From: Anthoceros angustus
Lineage: Eukaryota; Plantae; Anthocerotophyta
DNA: 64,000 nucleotides
Assembly: GCA_010909165.1 (NCBI GenBank)
Contig: MU008166.1
Coordinates: forward strand, 434,001-498,000
Direction of reading: 5' to 3'
Shown here: in pieces, positions 20,051-32,038 of the stretch
Numbering within the stretch: the first letter of the stretch is position 1
Layout of the letters: every line of letters starts with the position of its first letter
Notes under the pieces: model-generated
Seen by the model: the letters and a program-made list of their open reading frames with translations, nothing else
Database searches by the model: none
Told to the model about the DNA's origin: nothing
Program-made: the position numbers and the translations under genes

Positions 20051-22522
20051 ATGGCCACAGCCAAGGCTGAAGCTTCGTTTCTTCTCTTTGCAGTTCATTG
20101 GCTTTCAGGCGGGACCCTACAAATTGGTGTGTGTACAGGGATTCTGCGAGGAGCTCCTGCTAATCTCATCTTAGGGAGTCGACCCCTGGCAAGCAAAGCC
20201 TCCAGGTGCAGCAGTGACATCCGGCGTAAGGGGTCCGGCGAGGTGCTGTGGTTAAACAACATGTTTAAGCCAGCTTGGGTTGATGAGCAGTTCGTTTCCT
20301 TGGAGGATATGCAGATGGGCCATGGTGCCTCTCCTTCCGAGTCCAGCTCTCAGGATAAGCTTGAGACTGGGAGTTGTGCAGGATCGGAAATGGGCGTCGT
20401 TACTGCTGTTACCGTGAGCACGTTATGTCAGCAGGGGAAGCTTTCTGAGGCCGTTGGAGCCCTGGAATCTCTGGCGCAGACAGACTCTGCTGTCTCTCAG
20501 TCTCTGTTGTACACTGTGCTAAAACTGTGTACAGCTAACAAGGATTTGGTTGTGGGGCGTCGAGTTCATGATCTCTCTGCCAAACTTGGGTACGAGTCGA
20601 GTGCATTCTTGGGGAACCATATCTTGCGCATGTATGCATGTGGAGGCAGGCTGCAGGAGGCCATGGATGTGTTCACCAGGGTGGGCAAACCAAATGTCTT
20701 CATGTGGTTTTCCATAATCTCTGCCCATGCTAAGAACGGGAAACCTAACGAGGCCATACAACTCTACCGTGAGATGCGGAGGTCAGGAGTGAAGGCGAAT
20801 GGTCACATCTTTGTAGCTGCCCTTCAGGCTTGTGCATTTGCTGCCGACTTGGAATCCGGCAGAAAAGTGCACCACGATGTGGTGCAGAGTGGCATTCCGA
20901 CCAACTTGTTTGTCGCCAACTGCCTGGTGGACATGTATGCAAAATGTGGCAAAATTAAAGATGCACGCCAGGTCTTTGACAGCATGGTCACAAAGGATGT
21001 GGTGACATGGACAGCGCTGATCGCTGGGTATGCACAGCAAGGACTCGGCCAGGAGGCGCTTGTTGTGTATGGACAAATGGAACAGGATGGCCTCATTTTG
21101 GCTGACCGTGTTACTGTTGCTTGCCTTCTGAAGGCCTGTGCAAACACTGGTGCCTTACAGAAGGGCAGGCAGCTGCACTCACAGATTGTCGAAAGAGGAC
21201 TGCTGGATGACAGACTAGTGGGAACCTGCCTGGTGGACATGTATGCAAAATGTGGTGAACTGGAAGACGCACGCCAGGTTTTTGACAGAATGAACTCAAA
21301 GGACGTGGTGACATGGACCGCCCTGATATCTGGGTATGCACAGCTTGGACTCGGCCAAGAGGCGCTTGCTGTTTATGGACAAATGGAGGAGGCGGGCCTC
21401 ATTTTGGCTAACCATTTTACTTTTGCTTGCCTTCTGAAGGCCTGTGCCAGCACTGGTGCCTTACAGAAGGGCATGCAACTGCACTCACAGATTGTGGAAA
21501 GAGGATTGCTGGATGACGTTTTGGTGGGCAATTGCCTGGTGGACATGTATGCAAAATGTGGTGAACTGGAAGGTGCACGCCAGGTTTTTGACAGCATGCC
21601 CGCAAAGGATGTGGTGACGTGGACCGCTCTGATATCTGGCTATGGTGCTTGTGATGAAGGTCACAAGGCACTAGCTTGTTTTGAGGAGATGTTGGTTGCT
21701 GGCATTCAGCCTGATGGTGCCACTTTTACTTGCCTTCTAGTAGCATGCAGTCATGAGGGACTGGTCCATGAGGGCCGCAAGCACTTTGATTCCATGGCTG
21801 AACAGCACGGCATCAAACCCACTATTGATCATTACACCTGCATGATTGATCTTCTTGGGCGTGCTGGCCATTTAGATGAGGCAGAGAAGATGTTGTCATG
21901 CGAGGGCCAAATTAATGTTGTGGGCTTGACGTCTTTGTTGAATGCCTGCAAAAGTCACGGGGATATAGAGAGGGCGATGCGGTGTTTTGAAAGCATTGTT
22001 AGGCTAGACCCCCAGGAGGCGCCTGCCTATGTGCTCATGGCCAGTGCCTATGCAGATGCAGGTAGGTGGACCGATGTAGACAGGATTGAAACACAGAGAA
22101 GGGCAGCAGGAGCTAACAAGAAACCTGCTGTGGCAACCATAGAGGTGAATAAGGAGGTACATAAATTTCTGGTGGGAGAAAAGACAGAGGATATTGCGTT
22201 AAAGGTAGAGAGCACGAATGCCCGTCTGAAGCAGGAAGGAGGCCACGTAGCTCACACAAAATTGGTGTTGAAGCCACTATCTGAGAAGGAAAAGGAAGAT
22301 GCTCTTTGTGGGCATGCTGAGAAACTAGCTTTGGCGTTCGGTCTCTTGAACACTCCGAGTGGAACACCCCTGGTGGTAACGAAGAATCTACGCATGTGCA
22401 GTGACTGCCACAGTTCCACGGAGATCATGTCAAGGCTTGAACAGAGAGACATTGTTGTAAGGGACGGGTACCGTGTGCATCGATTCGCAGCTGGTTGTTG
22501 CAGTTGTAAGGGTCGACCGTGA
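20051..22522 (+). CDS. PLS-class PPR protein with E1/E2 and DYW:KP (GRP-ending) deaminase-like domain; putative organellar U-to-C editing factor
   Basis: About 15 P/L/S motifs plus E1/E2. The domain starts KPAVATIEV, carries CGHAEKLALAFGL and KNLRMCSDCH, and ends GCCSCKGRP*. HAE rather than HSE, and GRP rather than DYW, are the DYW:KP signatures. Confidence 0.93.
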   Translation: MATAKAEASFLLFAVHWLSGGTLQIGVCTGILRGAPANLILGSRPLASKASRCSSDIRRKGSGEVLWLNNMFKPAWVDEQFVSLEDMQMGHGASPSESSSQDKLETGSCAGSEMGVVTAVTVSTLCQQGKLSEAVGALESLAQTDSAVSQSLLYTVLKLCTANKDLVVGRRVHDLSAKLGYESSAFLGNHILRMYACGGRLQEAMDVFTRVGKPNVFMWFSIISAHAKNGKPNEAIQLYREMRRSGVKANGHIFVAALQACAFAADLESGRKVHHDVVQSGIPTNLFVANCLVDMYAKCGKIKDARQVFDSMVTKDVVTWTALIAGYAQQGLGQEALVVYGQMEQDGLILADRVTVACLLKACANTGALQKGRQLHSQIVERGLLDDRLVGTCLVDMYAKCGELEDARQVFDRMNSKDVVTWTALISGYAQLGLGQEALAVYGQMEEAGLILANHFTFACLLKACASTGALQKGMQLHSQIVERGLLDDVLVGNCLVDMYAKCGELEGARQVFDSMPAKDVVTWTALISGYGACDEGHKALACFEEMLVAGIQPDGATFTCLLVACSHEGLVHEGRKHFDSMAEQHGIKPTIDHYTCMIDLLGRAGHLDEAEKMLSCEGQINVVGLTSLLNACKSHGDIERAMRCFESIVRLDPQEAPAYVLMASAYADAGRWTDVDRIETQRRAAGANKKPAVATIEVNKEVHKFLVGEKTEDIALKVESTNARLKQEGGHVAHTKLVLKPLSEKEKEDALCGHAEKLALAFGLLNTPSGTPLVVTKNLRMCSDCHSSTEIMSRLEQRDIVVRDGYRVHRFAAGCCSCKGRP

Positions 22523-22924
22523 GAATGATGAGGAAGCCAGCGCCCAAGTGTGGGTGCCAGAGAAAATTGCTGTCGGGGTGAATGTGCTTGCTTAGCTCCA
22601 TTCCTGTCCTAACTGAGACATGGACATGGATGGCTAACGCTGATCCTGGCAGCTCTTATCGTACCAGAAAGAATGAGAATTGAGCGGAACAGGGCGTCTG
22701 CTGGGTGTGGACTCGCACCCCTTAACTTTCGCCCCACTAGCCGTTTGACTGCCGAAATCCTAAAGCCTAAAGCCGAAAGGTAGATTATACATGCCATCGT
22801 CACAAAGGTCTTCCAGTTACGGGTCGACCAGGTCCGAGCCATGGAAGCATCAAGAATATCAGATACACGAAACAGCAGGCAGTTCACTCTCCTGGATGTT
22901 CTCTTCCAAAAATTTGAAGTGTCT

Positions 22925-24334
22925 TCAGCAGGTAGCACGATCCTTCACGAAATTGCTAGCATTGGCGAACAGCTTATGGGTAGTAGGCAGTACTCCACTT
23001 TGTTCCCATCGTTGGACAAGAGAATCCTCCAGCTTCCTCACCTGGAAACGCAGGAAGAGGACTTCAACCCAGTTGGCTAACAAAGAAAGTATAGGAAATG
23101 TATTTACGATCCAGAAGTGCAACGTACCTGTTGCACAACGAACGGCTCTCCTACCAAAGTCAAAGGGGCAGGACGGATTGTGAGCAAGCCATTCCGGTTT
23201 CCATAGGCCACATCGGTGAAATATCGGTCTCCCACCTGCAAAGAACGGATCATGTCTTATTTCCTTCTCTACAACAGAAAGACTGTAGAGCGGATTGAGC
23301 AGGATAGGTGGCCACTTGCCATCACAAGAAGGGATGGTTCACAACCGAAATGCTTGCCAACTTCGTCAGCACTGCCTCCAGGCTTCTTGGCATCTGCATC
23401 CACATGATCCGGGTGAGCTATCTCAAACCACTGGAAGCCAATTCACAGGGATGTGAGGAAGACGAGAATTACCATGCCGTATCACAGCTATGTTCAACGA
23501 AGTCTCAAGCTTTCTTGCTTCGGAGCCATCCGGATCGTACTGATTCAGACCTGCTTTAGCCTGTTGGTGAGCAAAGATTGCCAGCACCGATGACAGCAGC
23601 ACATAAGCAAGTCATGGAAGCTTACCGGCGGAATTGCTGAGTAGGGCAACACGACCTTCAAATACAGATTTGCACTCCTCCAGGGAAGCGATTAGAGTAG
23701 GCCACACATCCAGCTTGTATGGTGCTGTCAAGGTGTTGTCCTTATCGAACACAACGCCTTGAAATCCGTGCTTGCGCAGAGCAGGCCAGTTGATCCAACT
23801 GATATCCTGTACGCTCACATGCGGGATGGCCAAATGCTGCTCACTCAACACTATTCTGGAAGCAAAGGCAATTCCAGACAGGTTCAGCCTCTGGCCTAGT
23901 TTGGCCCACACGGACTTGGAGCTCATTTCTTCCGCATCATCAGACTCCGCCAGTATTGCTAGTTCTCCCGACGAGAGAAGACCTGACAACTGGTCCCAAT
24001 CATCTTCAGGTTCTTGGACGTGGGGCGGACAAGGAATCAGCTGCCCGTCCGCTGTGACTTCGAAGATCACTCCTTCAGCCTCATGAGATGCGTCGAAGGC
24101 ATTCAAACCACCGCGCTTGGAAGGCAGATTAAGAGTCGGCAGGTATGCTGCGCTGCCAGGACTGCCTGTTGTTGTTGCTGCCTTGAGGCGCTTTGTGCAA
24201 AGAGGGTTGGGAGTTTCCCGCATTGTAAGCCTGCCTCTACATCCCACCTCAGGAGACAAGGCCTGATTGCGATTGCATACCACACCGTTTGCTCGAATTT
24301 CACTAGGAGCTACGGAATTCAGCAGTCTCTCCAT
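22925..24334 (-). CDS. PGPP1: HAD-IIIA (YqeG/Gep4-like) phosphatidylglycerophosphate phosphatase, multi-exon
   Basis: FQGVVFDKDNTLTAPY, RVALLSNSAG|LNQYDPDGSEA, AKKPGG, LVM|VGDRYFTDVAYGNRNGLLTI and a final exon VRKLEDSLVQRW...TC*. Confidence 0.88.
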
Positions 24335-25746
24335 GGTCCAAGATACCTCAGCAAGGCATGCAGCAACTTCAAGTCATGCAAAGAACGAGGCTTCTTCCGC
24401 TGGAAAGACTAATCCACCTGGACAGACTAATCACCAGCACCTGGCTTCCATTTCTCACTGGCCAGTTGTACGGGAATGGATGCAACCTGTGCCTGCTGCT
24501 GGCATGCCCTCACGAGTGATGCCAGTTGTCAAAAGACGGAATCACAAATGCTAGATAGAACAAAGAAATCAATCAAGAGAGGATGGCGGATCCAGTAAAA
24601 GTTGATGAGATGAGAAAACCATGTCTGCTCCGTTGCCGAGTGCTGGCACGGAGCAGGACAACGGCGGAAAATCAAACTCCAAGTTGAGAATCACATGTCT
24701 AAGAAGCTCAGCAGAAACACGAGAGCCCTACCGTGGCATGAGGTAAGTCTAGACATACTATTAGCGTGGCAGAGAGTTCGCCAAGATCTTCGACCAGATG
24801 AAGCAAAGGAAATGCAAGGCAGTGAAGTCATGCCTCTGGAGGCTCTGATCTTCCGCCACTTCCGAAAGTATGCTCTTACAGGAGCATCATCTCGGCACTT
24901 CAGCATCCACATTCGAGTGCAGTTCATTCCCGGAATCAGATGAAGAAGCCAGGAGTCAGGCACGTCTAGTGATGCAAAGTAAGCATTGTTCAACTAGACA
25001 ATCCTCACACCAGGCTTCTTTATTAGGTTCCAGGAATGATTCTTAGTCGCATCACAGTTCAGGAAGCTCAAAGTCTGCACCTGTTGCCACAGTGCAAAAC
25101 AACTCGTTTCTGAGAACAGATTGCATCAAGCAGACGCCAGGCTGAGATCATGACCCTGCCACCCTTATGGTTTCTAAGAAGACAGTCCCCACCCTCATGG
25201 TGACAACTCTCCCCATTCCCAGACAATCCACGGCATCGACAAACAACCGCCCTGAGGATTCTGGAAGTGTCAGATTCTAGGACAGGACAATACACGTTAG
25301 CACATAAGGGTAACTGGTGATCCAGCAAACCATCAGAGACGAATCTCAACAAAGATGAGTTTGTGACGTGTTTCATTACTTTCTCGTTATCAAGTGTTTC
25401 ACACTCTCATTAATTCGAGTCAGAGTTTCGTTACACTAATAAACTGTGCTACTTTAACTGGTACTTCAGACTCTTTAGTGAAGTAGCAACACCTCAGCCC
25501 ACAACTGTTTCAGGATCAAATACAAACTAAGGATCAACCTTGAATGCTCCAGGGGTACCGGCATGTGTCAGGACAACATATGGTGAAAGCCTTCAGACCC
25601 TCACATCAATGGTAGTTGTTCGGCACTGATACACAGCATTAAAAAAGGGCTGCATCTGAGCACCAGCAACAGAATCACCCGTTGGAGAAGCCTCAATCAA
25701 GAGTCCAAATCTCTTTCAGTCTACTATCTCCTGTTTACTGGCCCCG

Positions 25747-26426
25747 TTAGTCGCTTCTTCTCTTAGTCTTCTTGATGGCAATGAAGTCGTCATCACTGTC
25801 AGATGCATTCTTTTTCCTCTTGCCCTGGGCTACAGCTTTAGCCTTACCTCCATTGGCCACACCTGCAGCCTTAGGCTTCGCCTCAAAATCCGAATCAGCA
25901 TCAGCTTTCCCCCTGTTGTTGCCCCTGGAGGACGCAGAAGCTTTCACCGGAGTTCCCTGTTTGGGACGCCCTTGCTTCTTCTCCAAAGCCTTTTGGGCAT
26001 CCTTGGGAGACAGCAGACCATGCTCCATCAACCTGTCACGAACCAAATCAGATACAATACCACCAAGAGATTCCAAATACATGCTTCAGAAAGCCGAAAC
26101 CCACCAACCAAAGCCTTAAAAATGACATACCAGATCTCAGCCATCTCGCTAGTAGGAATTTGCTCATACAGACTTTCATAAAAGATCCTCAAAGGATCCC
26201 TCTGCAAACACAGGAACCTGCCTGTCAGACACACCCAAAATCCACAGATACATCAAGCAAGGACACACCATACACTCCCACATACCTCCTCAGGAGCGTC
26301 ATATCTTTGACCTGGAAGGCTGAAGACCTTCTTCTCCCTCTCCTTCTTCTCTTTGACCCCATTGACCTTGGTGACAGTCACCACCTTCCTCCTCACAACC
26401 GTTTTGGTTCCATTAGACGACTCCGC
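25747..26426 (-). CDS. Conserved uncharacterised basic plant protein (partial model; first exon unresolved)
   Basis: Spliced KKVFSLPGQRYDAPEE|RDPLRIFYESLYEQIPTSEMAEIW|LMEHGLLSPKDAQKA followed by a Lys/Asp-rich tail. It matches a conserved plant family that I recognise but cannot name with certainty. Confidence 0.75.
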
Positions 26427-27083
26427 CTGCACACCATTGACAACAACAACACACCGTCAGTAACTGCTGCGACATCACATTGTCAAGAAGCTAAGAGATC
26501 AACACATAAGAACGCAAGCACACGTCACGTAACATGACAAACAGAATATGAGAGCATAAGAACATAACAAGCACATAGCATTCCCAAGTCCACGGCACCA
26601 AACCCTGCAAAAAGGCGGCAGGCCGCGGCATCGGAAGCTACGACTGCGAGCACCCAGAAGAGACAAGCAGGGGAGGGAGCAGTGGGGCAATGCCCGCCAT
26701 GACCCACCATGCCGGAAACATTCACATCCTAGAGCACAATGAGGCGGCAATGCAACAGGGGTGAAGCAGCGCTGCCCTTATAGGTGCCAGGGACCAGCCT
26801 GCAGGGCCGTGACGCAAGGGAAGGGGGCACGAATCTGCTGCGTTTCCCTAGGCGAACTTTTGTGGGTTTAAGAGATAGCACGTTCTGTTGATCCCAGAGA
26901 CATTATATAAGTGTCGGAATACTCACACTCCTTTTTCTATGCCCGTCGGCTTGCTTGTCACCAGACGCCGCACTGGCCGGCACCAACGCTGTGTTGTCAC
27001 GCTTCATTTCTCTCCCGCCCAATCCTCTCTGCGCAAACTGCAGTCTGCAGTTCGCTTCCAGACTGCCCGAGGCCTCCGCCGAG

Positions 27084-29814
27084 ATGGCTGCTCTATCGGG
27101 CAGTGTGGCAGCCAATGCTGGCCTCGCTGGAGTGAAGGCCGATGTTCGGGGCAACTCCTGCTTTACCTCTCGGCGTCACTCCTTTGTACAGCGCCCGATT
27201 CCCTACCACCCAGAATTTTGCGCTCACTCAGCCTTCGCTCGTGCTTCCGCTTTTCTCAACCTGTTCCTGTCGTGGTTGTTGTCATTGCCTGTCAGCGCAT
27301 CTGCTGAAAACGATGCTTGCTCTCGTGCAATTCTGAGCTAATTCTGTTCATACCTGTGCCCGCCCAGCAGAGCTTCGTTTCCGGGCAGTTCTGGGGCCAG
27401 TCTCTCGAAGTTTCCCCTCTCAGGGGAACGAAGCAAGCGATGCAGGCTGCTGTGCAAGGTACTTGTGTTTCCCTCCACCTCCAGGATTGTGCATATATAG
27501 GGTAGTTTTATAGGTTTATATTTCCTTCTGGATAGAAGCTCGGGAATTTCTCCAGACTCGAGGAGAACTGTCCTTCTTCAATAGGGTTAGCCATAGCTTG
27601 GTATATAAACAAGTAAGACCTTGAACGTCGGGGATTTCATATGGAGAAACCTGCCTTCCTGAATGGGGCTAGCTGCCTTGGACTTCGGGATTTTGATATG
27701 GAAAGTATAACAAGTCAAACCTTGAACGTTGGGATTGGATCTTCGGGATTGAACTCTCTGGACAGTGCTTCAATTTTCTATCGTGGACTTGATCTAATCG
27801 TGGGTTTGACGGTTCTCCCAGGTGCTAGGGCAGTGCTGGCTGCCGATGGCGATGTGAAACAGACAACAGGCAAGGCAGCAGCAGGGATTCGAGGGAAGCT
27901 CAATAAAGTTGTTCTTGCTTACAGTGGTGGTCTGGACACCTCGGTTATCGTGCCTTGGCTTAGGTGAGGCTGCTTAAACCCTTGTACTTGTAATTGTTGT
28001 GTCACTTTTTGTGTGATTTTTGTGAGGAGTAATTTGGGAACAAGCTCTCTGACAGCACTGTCAATCTGAATCAGGGAAAACTATGGCTGTGAGGTGGTTT
28101 GCTTTACAGCTGATGTGGGTCAAGTAAGTATTTTTGTGGGTTCATTGCTGAATATGTATATGGGATTCTGATGTGGCAGTCCATGCTGAGTTGGTGTAGT
28201 GACATTTACAGAAACTGTGCATGGAGCGGCTGCTGTCTTAGGTGTTTGTATGGACGTCTTACACCCTGGAATGTCTTGAATGCAGGGTGTTGGGGAGACA
28301 GATGGTCTGGAAGCAAAAGCGAAAGCGAGCGGCGCAAGCCAGCTCGTGATCCATGATCTTCAGGAGGAGTTTGTTAAAGACTACATTTATCCTTGCTTGC
28401 GAGCTGGAGCAGTGTATGAAAGGAAGTACCTTCTTGGCACTTCTATGGCCCGGCCTATCATCGCAAAGGTGTAATCCTCTACTTAGTCAGTGTAATGTTA
28501 GTGTGAAAGTGTGTGGTGAGCTGACAAGGTGGATGCTTGAAGACTAACCTTGATGAGAACTCGTCCGGGTGCAGGCGATGGTGGATGTGGCAAGGGAGGT
28601 TGGGGCTGATGCTGTTGCTCATGGATGCACAGGGAAAGGGAATGATCAGGTTGGTAAAAACCCAAATCCTGTTAGCCAGCAGCTGGGCTGTTGCAGAGTT
28701 CGCTTTACATACAGACCAGAAGGTGTAGAAAGTTGGGTAGGGCATTTGCATCCTTAACTCTGTTCTCATACCTGGTGCCTTGTGAGGCTAGGTGCGGTTT
28801 GAGCTCACCTTCTTCGCCCTGAACCCGAAGCTGCACGTGGTTGCCCCGTGGCGGGAATGGGACATCAAAGGAAGGGAAGACGCTATCGAGTATGCTAAGA
28901 AGTTCAACGTACCTGTGCCAGTAACCAAGAGGTCCATCTACAGCCGGGACCGAAACTTGTGGCACATCAGTCATGAGGTAATGTTCGGGTGTTTGCTTGC
29001 CATTGAGTTGAATGAAACCACCGGATACTGGACGGTAACGTTTGCTCATTTTTGTAGGGTGACATTCTGGAGGATCCTGCAAACGAGCCTCATAAGGATA
29101 TGTACGTGCTGACTGTCGATCCGGAGGACGCTCCTAATGAGCCAGAGTAAGGAAGCTAAACAGTTGCACGTGGTTTCTCGATGTGGACTAGTGATATTGC
29201 TTGCACTCCACTTTATCACAGAAAGCTTTCTGAGAAAGTTTGTGTCCCTTCCCATCAGGTATGTGGACATTGGACTTGAGGCAGGCGTTCCAGTCTCCAT
29301 CAACGGAGAACACCTGTCCCCTGCCAAGCTCCTTGCCAAGGCTAACGACATCGGAGGGCGACATGGAATCGGCCGCATAGACATGGTGGAGAACAGGCTG
29401 GTGGGCATGAAGAGTCGGGGGGTGTACGAGACTCCAGGGGGCACAATCCTCACCCTGGCAGCCCGGGAGCTGGAAACCCTGACTCTGGACAGGGAAACCG
29501 TGCAGCTGAAAGACACCCTGGCCATCAAGTACGCGGAACTGGTGTACGCAGGCAGATGGTTCGACCCTCTCAGGGAATCACTTGATGCATTCATGGAGAA
29601 CATCACAAAGACAACCACAGGCAGCGTCAAGCTGAAGCTCTACAAAGGCTCAGCTTCAGTGGCTACCAGAGAGAGTCCCTACAGCCTTTACAGCCAGGAC
29701 ATATCATCATTCGAGGAAGGGAGCGGAGTCTACAACCAGGCTGATGCGGCGGGCTTCATCCGTCTGTACGGGCTCCCCATCCGCGTGCGCGCAATGCTGC
29801 ACAACAAGAGCTAA
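27084..29814 (+). CDS. argG: Argininosuccinate synthase, plastid-targeted, multi-exon
   Basis: [47 protein letters not shown]|[20 protein letters not shown] and [21 protein letters not shown], plus an N-terminal transit-like peptide. Confidence 0.97.
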
Positions 29815-30153
29815 GTGCTGCTGCCCACATCAACACCATTCAGCAGGAGCCGTCCAAGCTGCTGCTGCTGGCTGGGTTGCGTGAGGGAAGAAAGGAACTG
29901 CACCCCCAAAGGCTTCAACTGGGTGCTGCCCATTCGGAAGAATTTTTTGTTGGGCCGAGCGGTTTCTCATTTTCTCAAGGGAGAATCACCGTCTCAGCAC
30001 GCTAGAGGTAAAGAACCACCGTCGCCTACCCAACTCGCTGAAGAACTGTGAAGGCCGGACCTAGGAGAAGGAATATCTAGAATGCCTGATGTCTGTCTGC
30101 TGATGAGACCAATCGAGAGGTAGGTGATGTGAAGAAGCAGAACTGATGATCCT

Positions 30154-32038
30154 TTACCGCAATATCCTGGAAGCTATTGGCAGGAGCCTGGTGCTCTTCC
30201 CCCTGGCCGCCTGCAGCTTAAGGTTGTAGGCGCATTTGAGCATCGAGCCCACTGTGTGCGACCTGATGCTCTTGTAGAAGGCCTTCACATCGTCCTCGTC
30301 GCTGGCCGCAGAAGGGATCTGCGCATGCCGCAGCGTCTTTAGAGATAAAAGCTCCAGCAGAAAAGGTTGCAAGCCAGCCTTGGGCCCCTTGAACGTCGCG
30401 TCGTCCCCGGGCGCCCAGTACATATCCAGCGACTTGAGCTGCGGGCATCTGGCCAGCCACCTCCCCGCCTCCCTCGACAGCCACTCCTGCGAACACACAT
30501 GTACGGACAGCGCCAGCAGGCTGGGCAGCAGCGCGATCTCCCGCAAATGCTCCAGCGTCGTCTGGCGGCTCCGGGTCTCGGAGAAGGAGAGCGCCAGCGA
30601 GGTGAGCGAGGGGCAGTTTCGCAGAAAGTGCAGCGACGGCGGGCACCAGTTCTGGAACATGAGCGCCAGGTGCTGCAGCTTGGGGCACCCGATGAGCCAC
30701 GGCTCCTGCAGGAGCACCACGGCCGGGAGCTCCTTCGACATGGTGATCTCCAGCCGCGCGAGCACCGGCCAGGAGGCCAGCCCCGCGAGGCTGTCCACCC
30801 CGCTGTCCCCCATCACCCGGAGCGCGGTCACCGTGGAGCTTAACGGGCGGACGGCGGCGAGGATGGCGCTCACCCGGGGCCGGAGGTAGCAGAGGGAAAG
30901 GGATGTGAGGGAAGTCGAGGAGCGAGACATCCGCGCCAGGCCTCGGTCTGTGATCCCCAGGCAGTGCAGGAGGCGGAGAGTGCAGAGGGATTTGCAGGAG
31001 CGGGCTATGGCGGCCAGGTGGTCGTCGAGGAGCCCCTCGCACGACCCGAAGGTGAGCTCGGCGAGGTTAGGGCAGGCGGCCACGCCGGCCATGCCCGCGT
31101 CGGTGGAGAGCACGACGAGGGAGCGGAGCCCGACGGCCATGTCCTGCACGCGCTCCATCCTGGGGCCGGACGCGAGCGCGGGGACCTGGTCCATGGAGAG
31201 GTCGAGGGAGAGGAGGGAGCTCGCCGCAGGCCGCGGCGAGCGCGGAGAGGACGGGGCATGGTTGTCCGTGCCGGGGACGAGGCAGACGGAGAGGGTGACG
31301 AGGGTGGGGCAGGCGCGGGCCAGGGCCAGGATGCCGGCGCCCGTGAGGCGGCCTGGTGGAGGGTCACGCAGAGGCTCTCGAGGTTGGGGCACTTGAGGGC
31401 CAGGAAGGCGAGCTCCTGGTCCAGGGTGAGCAGGAAGGAGGAGAGGTTGAGGGCGCGGAGGGCGGGGCAGCCGCGGCGGGGAAGCCCTGGGCCAGGGACG
31501 GGACCAGGAGGTTGTCGGCGGACAGGACCTGGAGGCGGCGGAAGTGACGCAGCACGGTGCGGAGGCGGGGAGCAGGGCCTGGGGAGCGGGTTGCGGGAGA
31601 AGGCGAGCCTGCGGAGGGCGGGCCACTGGGAGGCTATGGCGCGGGTGCAGGCGTCGCTCGCGGCGGGGACGCGGAGGCTGGTGAGGTTGGGAAGGCGCAG
31701 CTGAGGCGGTGGAGCTCGGCGGTGTGGAGGTGGAACGGGGCCTGGCTCGGGAGCAGGGTGACGGCGGTCAGGTCCAGGTCCGTGACGCCGGAGAAGCAGA
31801 GCGGGAGGAACCAGACGTCGCTGCGGAGCGCGCGGAGGCAGAGGGTGGTGCGGCTCTGCCTCTCGCACACGCGGAAGGCGCGGCACACCTGGGATGCTCG
31901 GTTCCTGTCGGAGGGGGACTGGATCAGGGAGATGATGGCCAGGATGGCGGAGCCCGGGAGGATGGAGAGGGACGGGGCCCCCTTGATGCCGCCTCGCTGC
32001 ACTGCTGGGATCGCCTGCTGTTCCATCGTCGTTGCCAT
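30154..32038 (-). CDS. F-box/LRR protein, divergent MAX2-like; several apparent frameshifts (pseudogene or assembly error)
   Basis: F-box LSILPGSAILAIISLIQSPSDRNRASQVCRAF, then ERQSRTTLCLR and FLPLCFSGVTDLDL, QWPALRRL, and many LRRs (CPNL, CPTL, CKSL, CPKL, CPSL, CPQL). These are spread over different frames between about 31690 and 31350. Confidence 0.7.

Noticed and set aside
22609-22938. 109-aa ORF between the PPR and PGPP1 3' ends
   Set aside because: No recognisable motif; it lies in convergent 3' UTR space.
24691-25376. Short ORFs between PGPP1-like and the basic protein gene
   Set aside because: No domain signal or consistent exon chain; probably UTR or intergenic.
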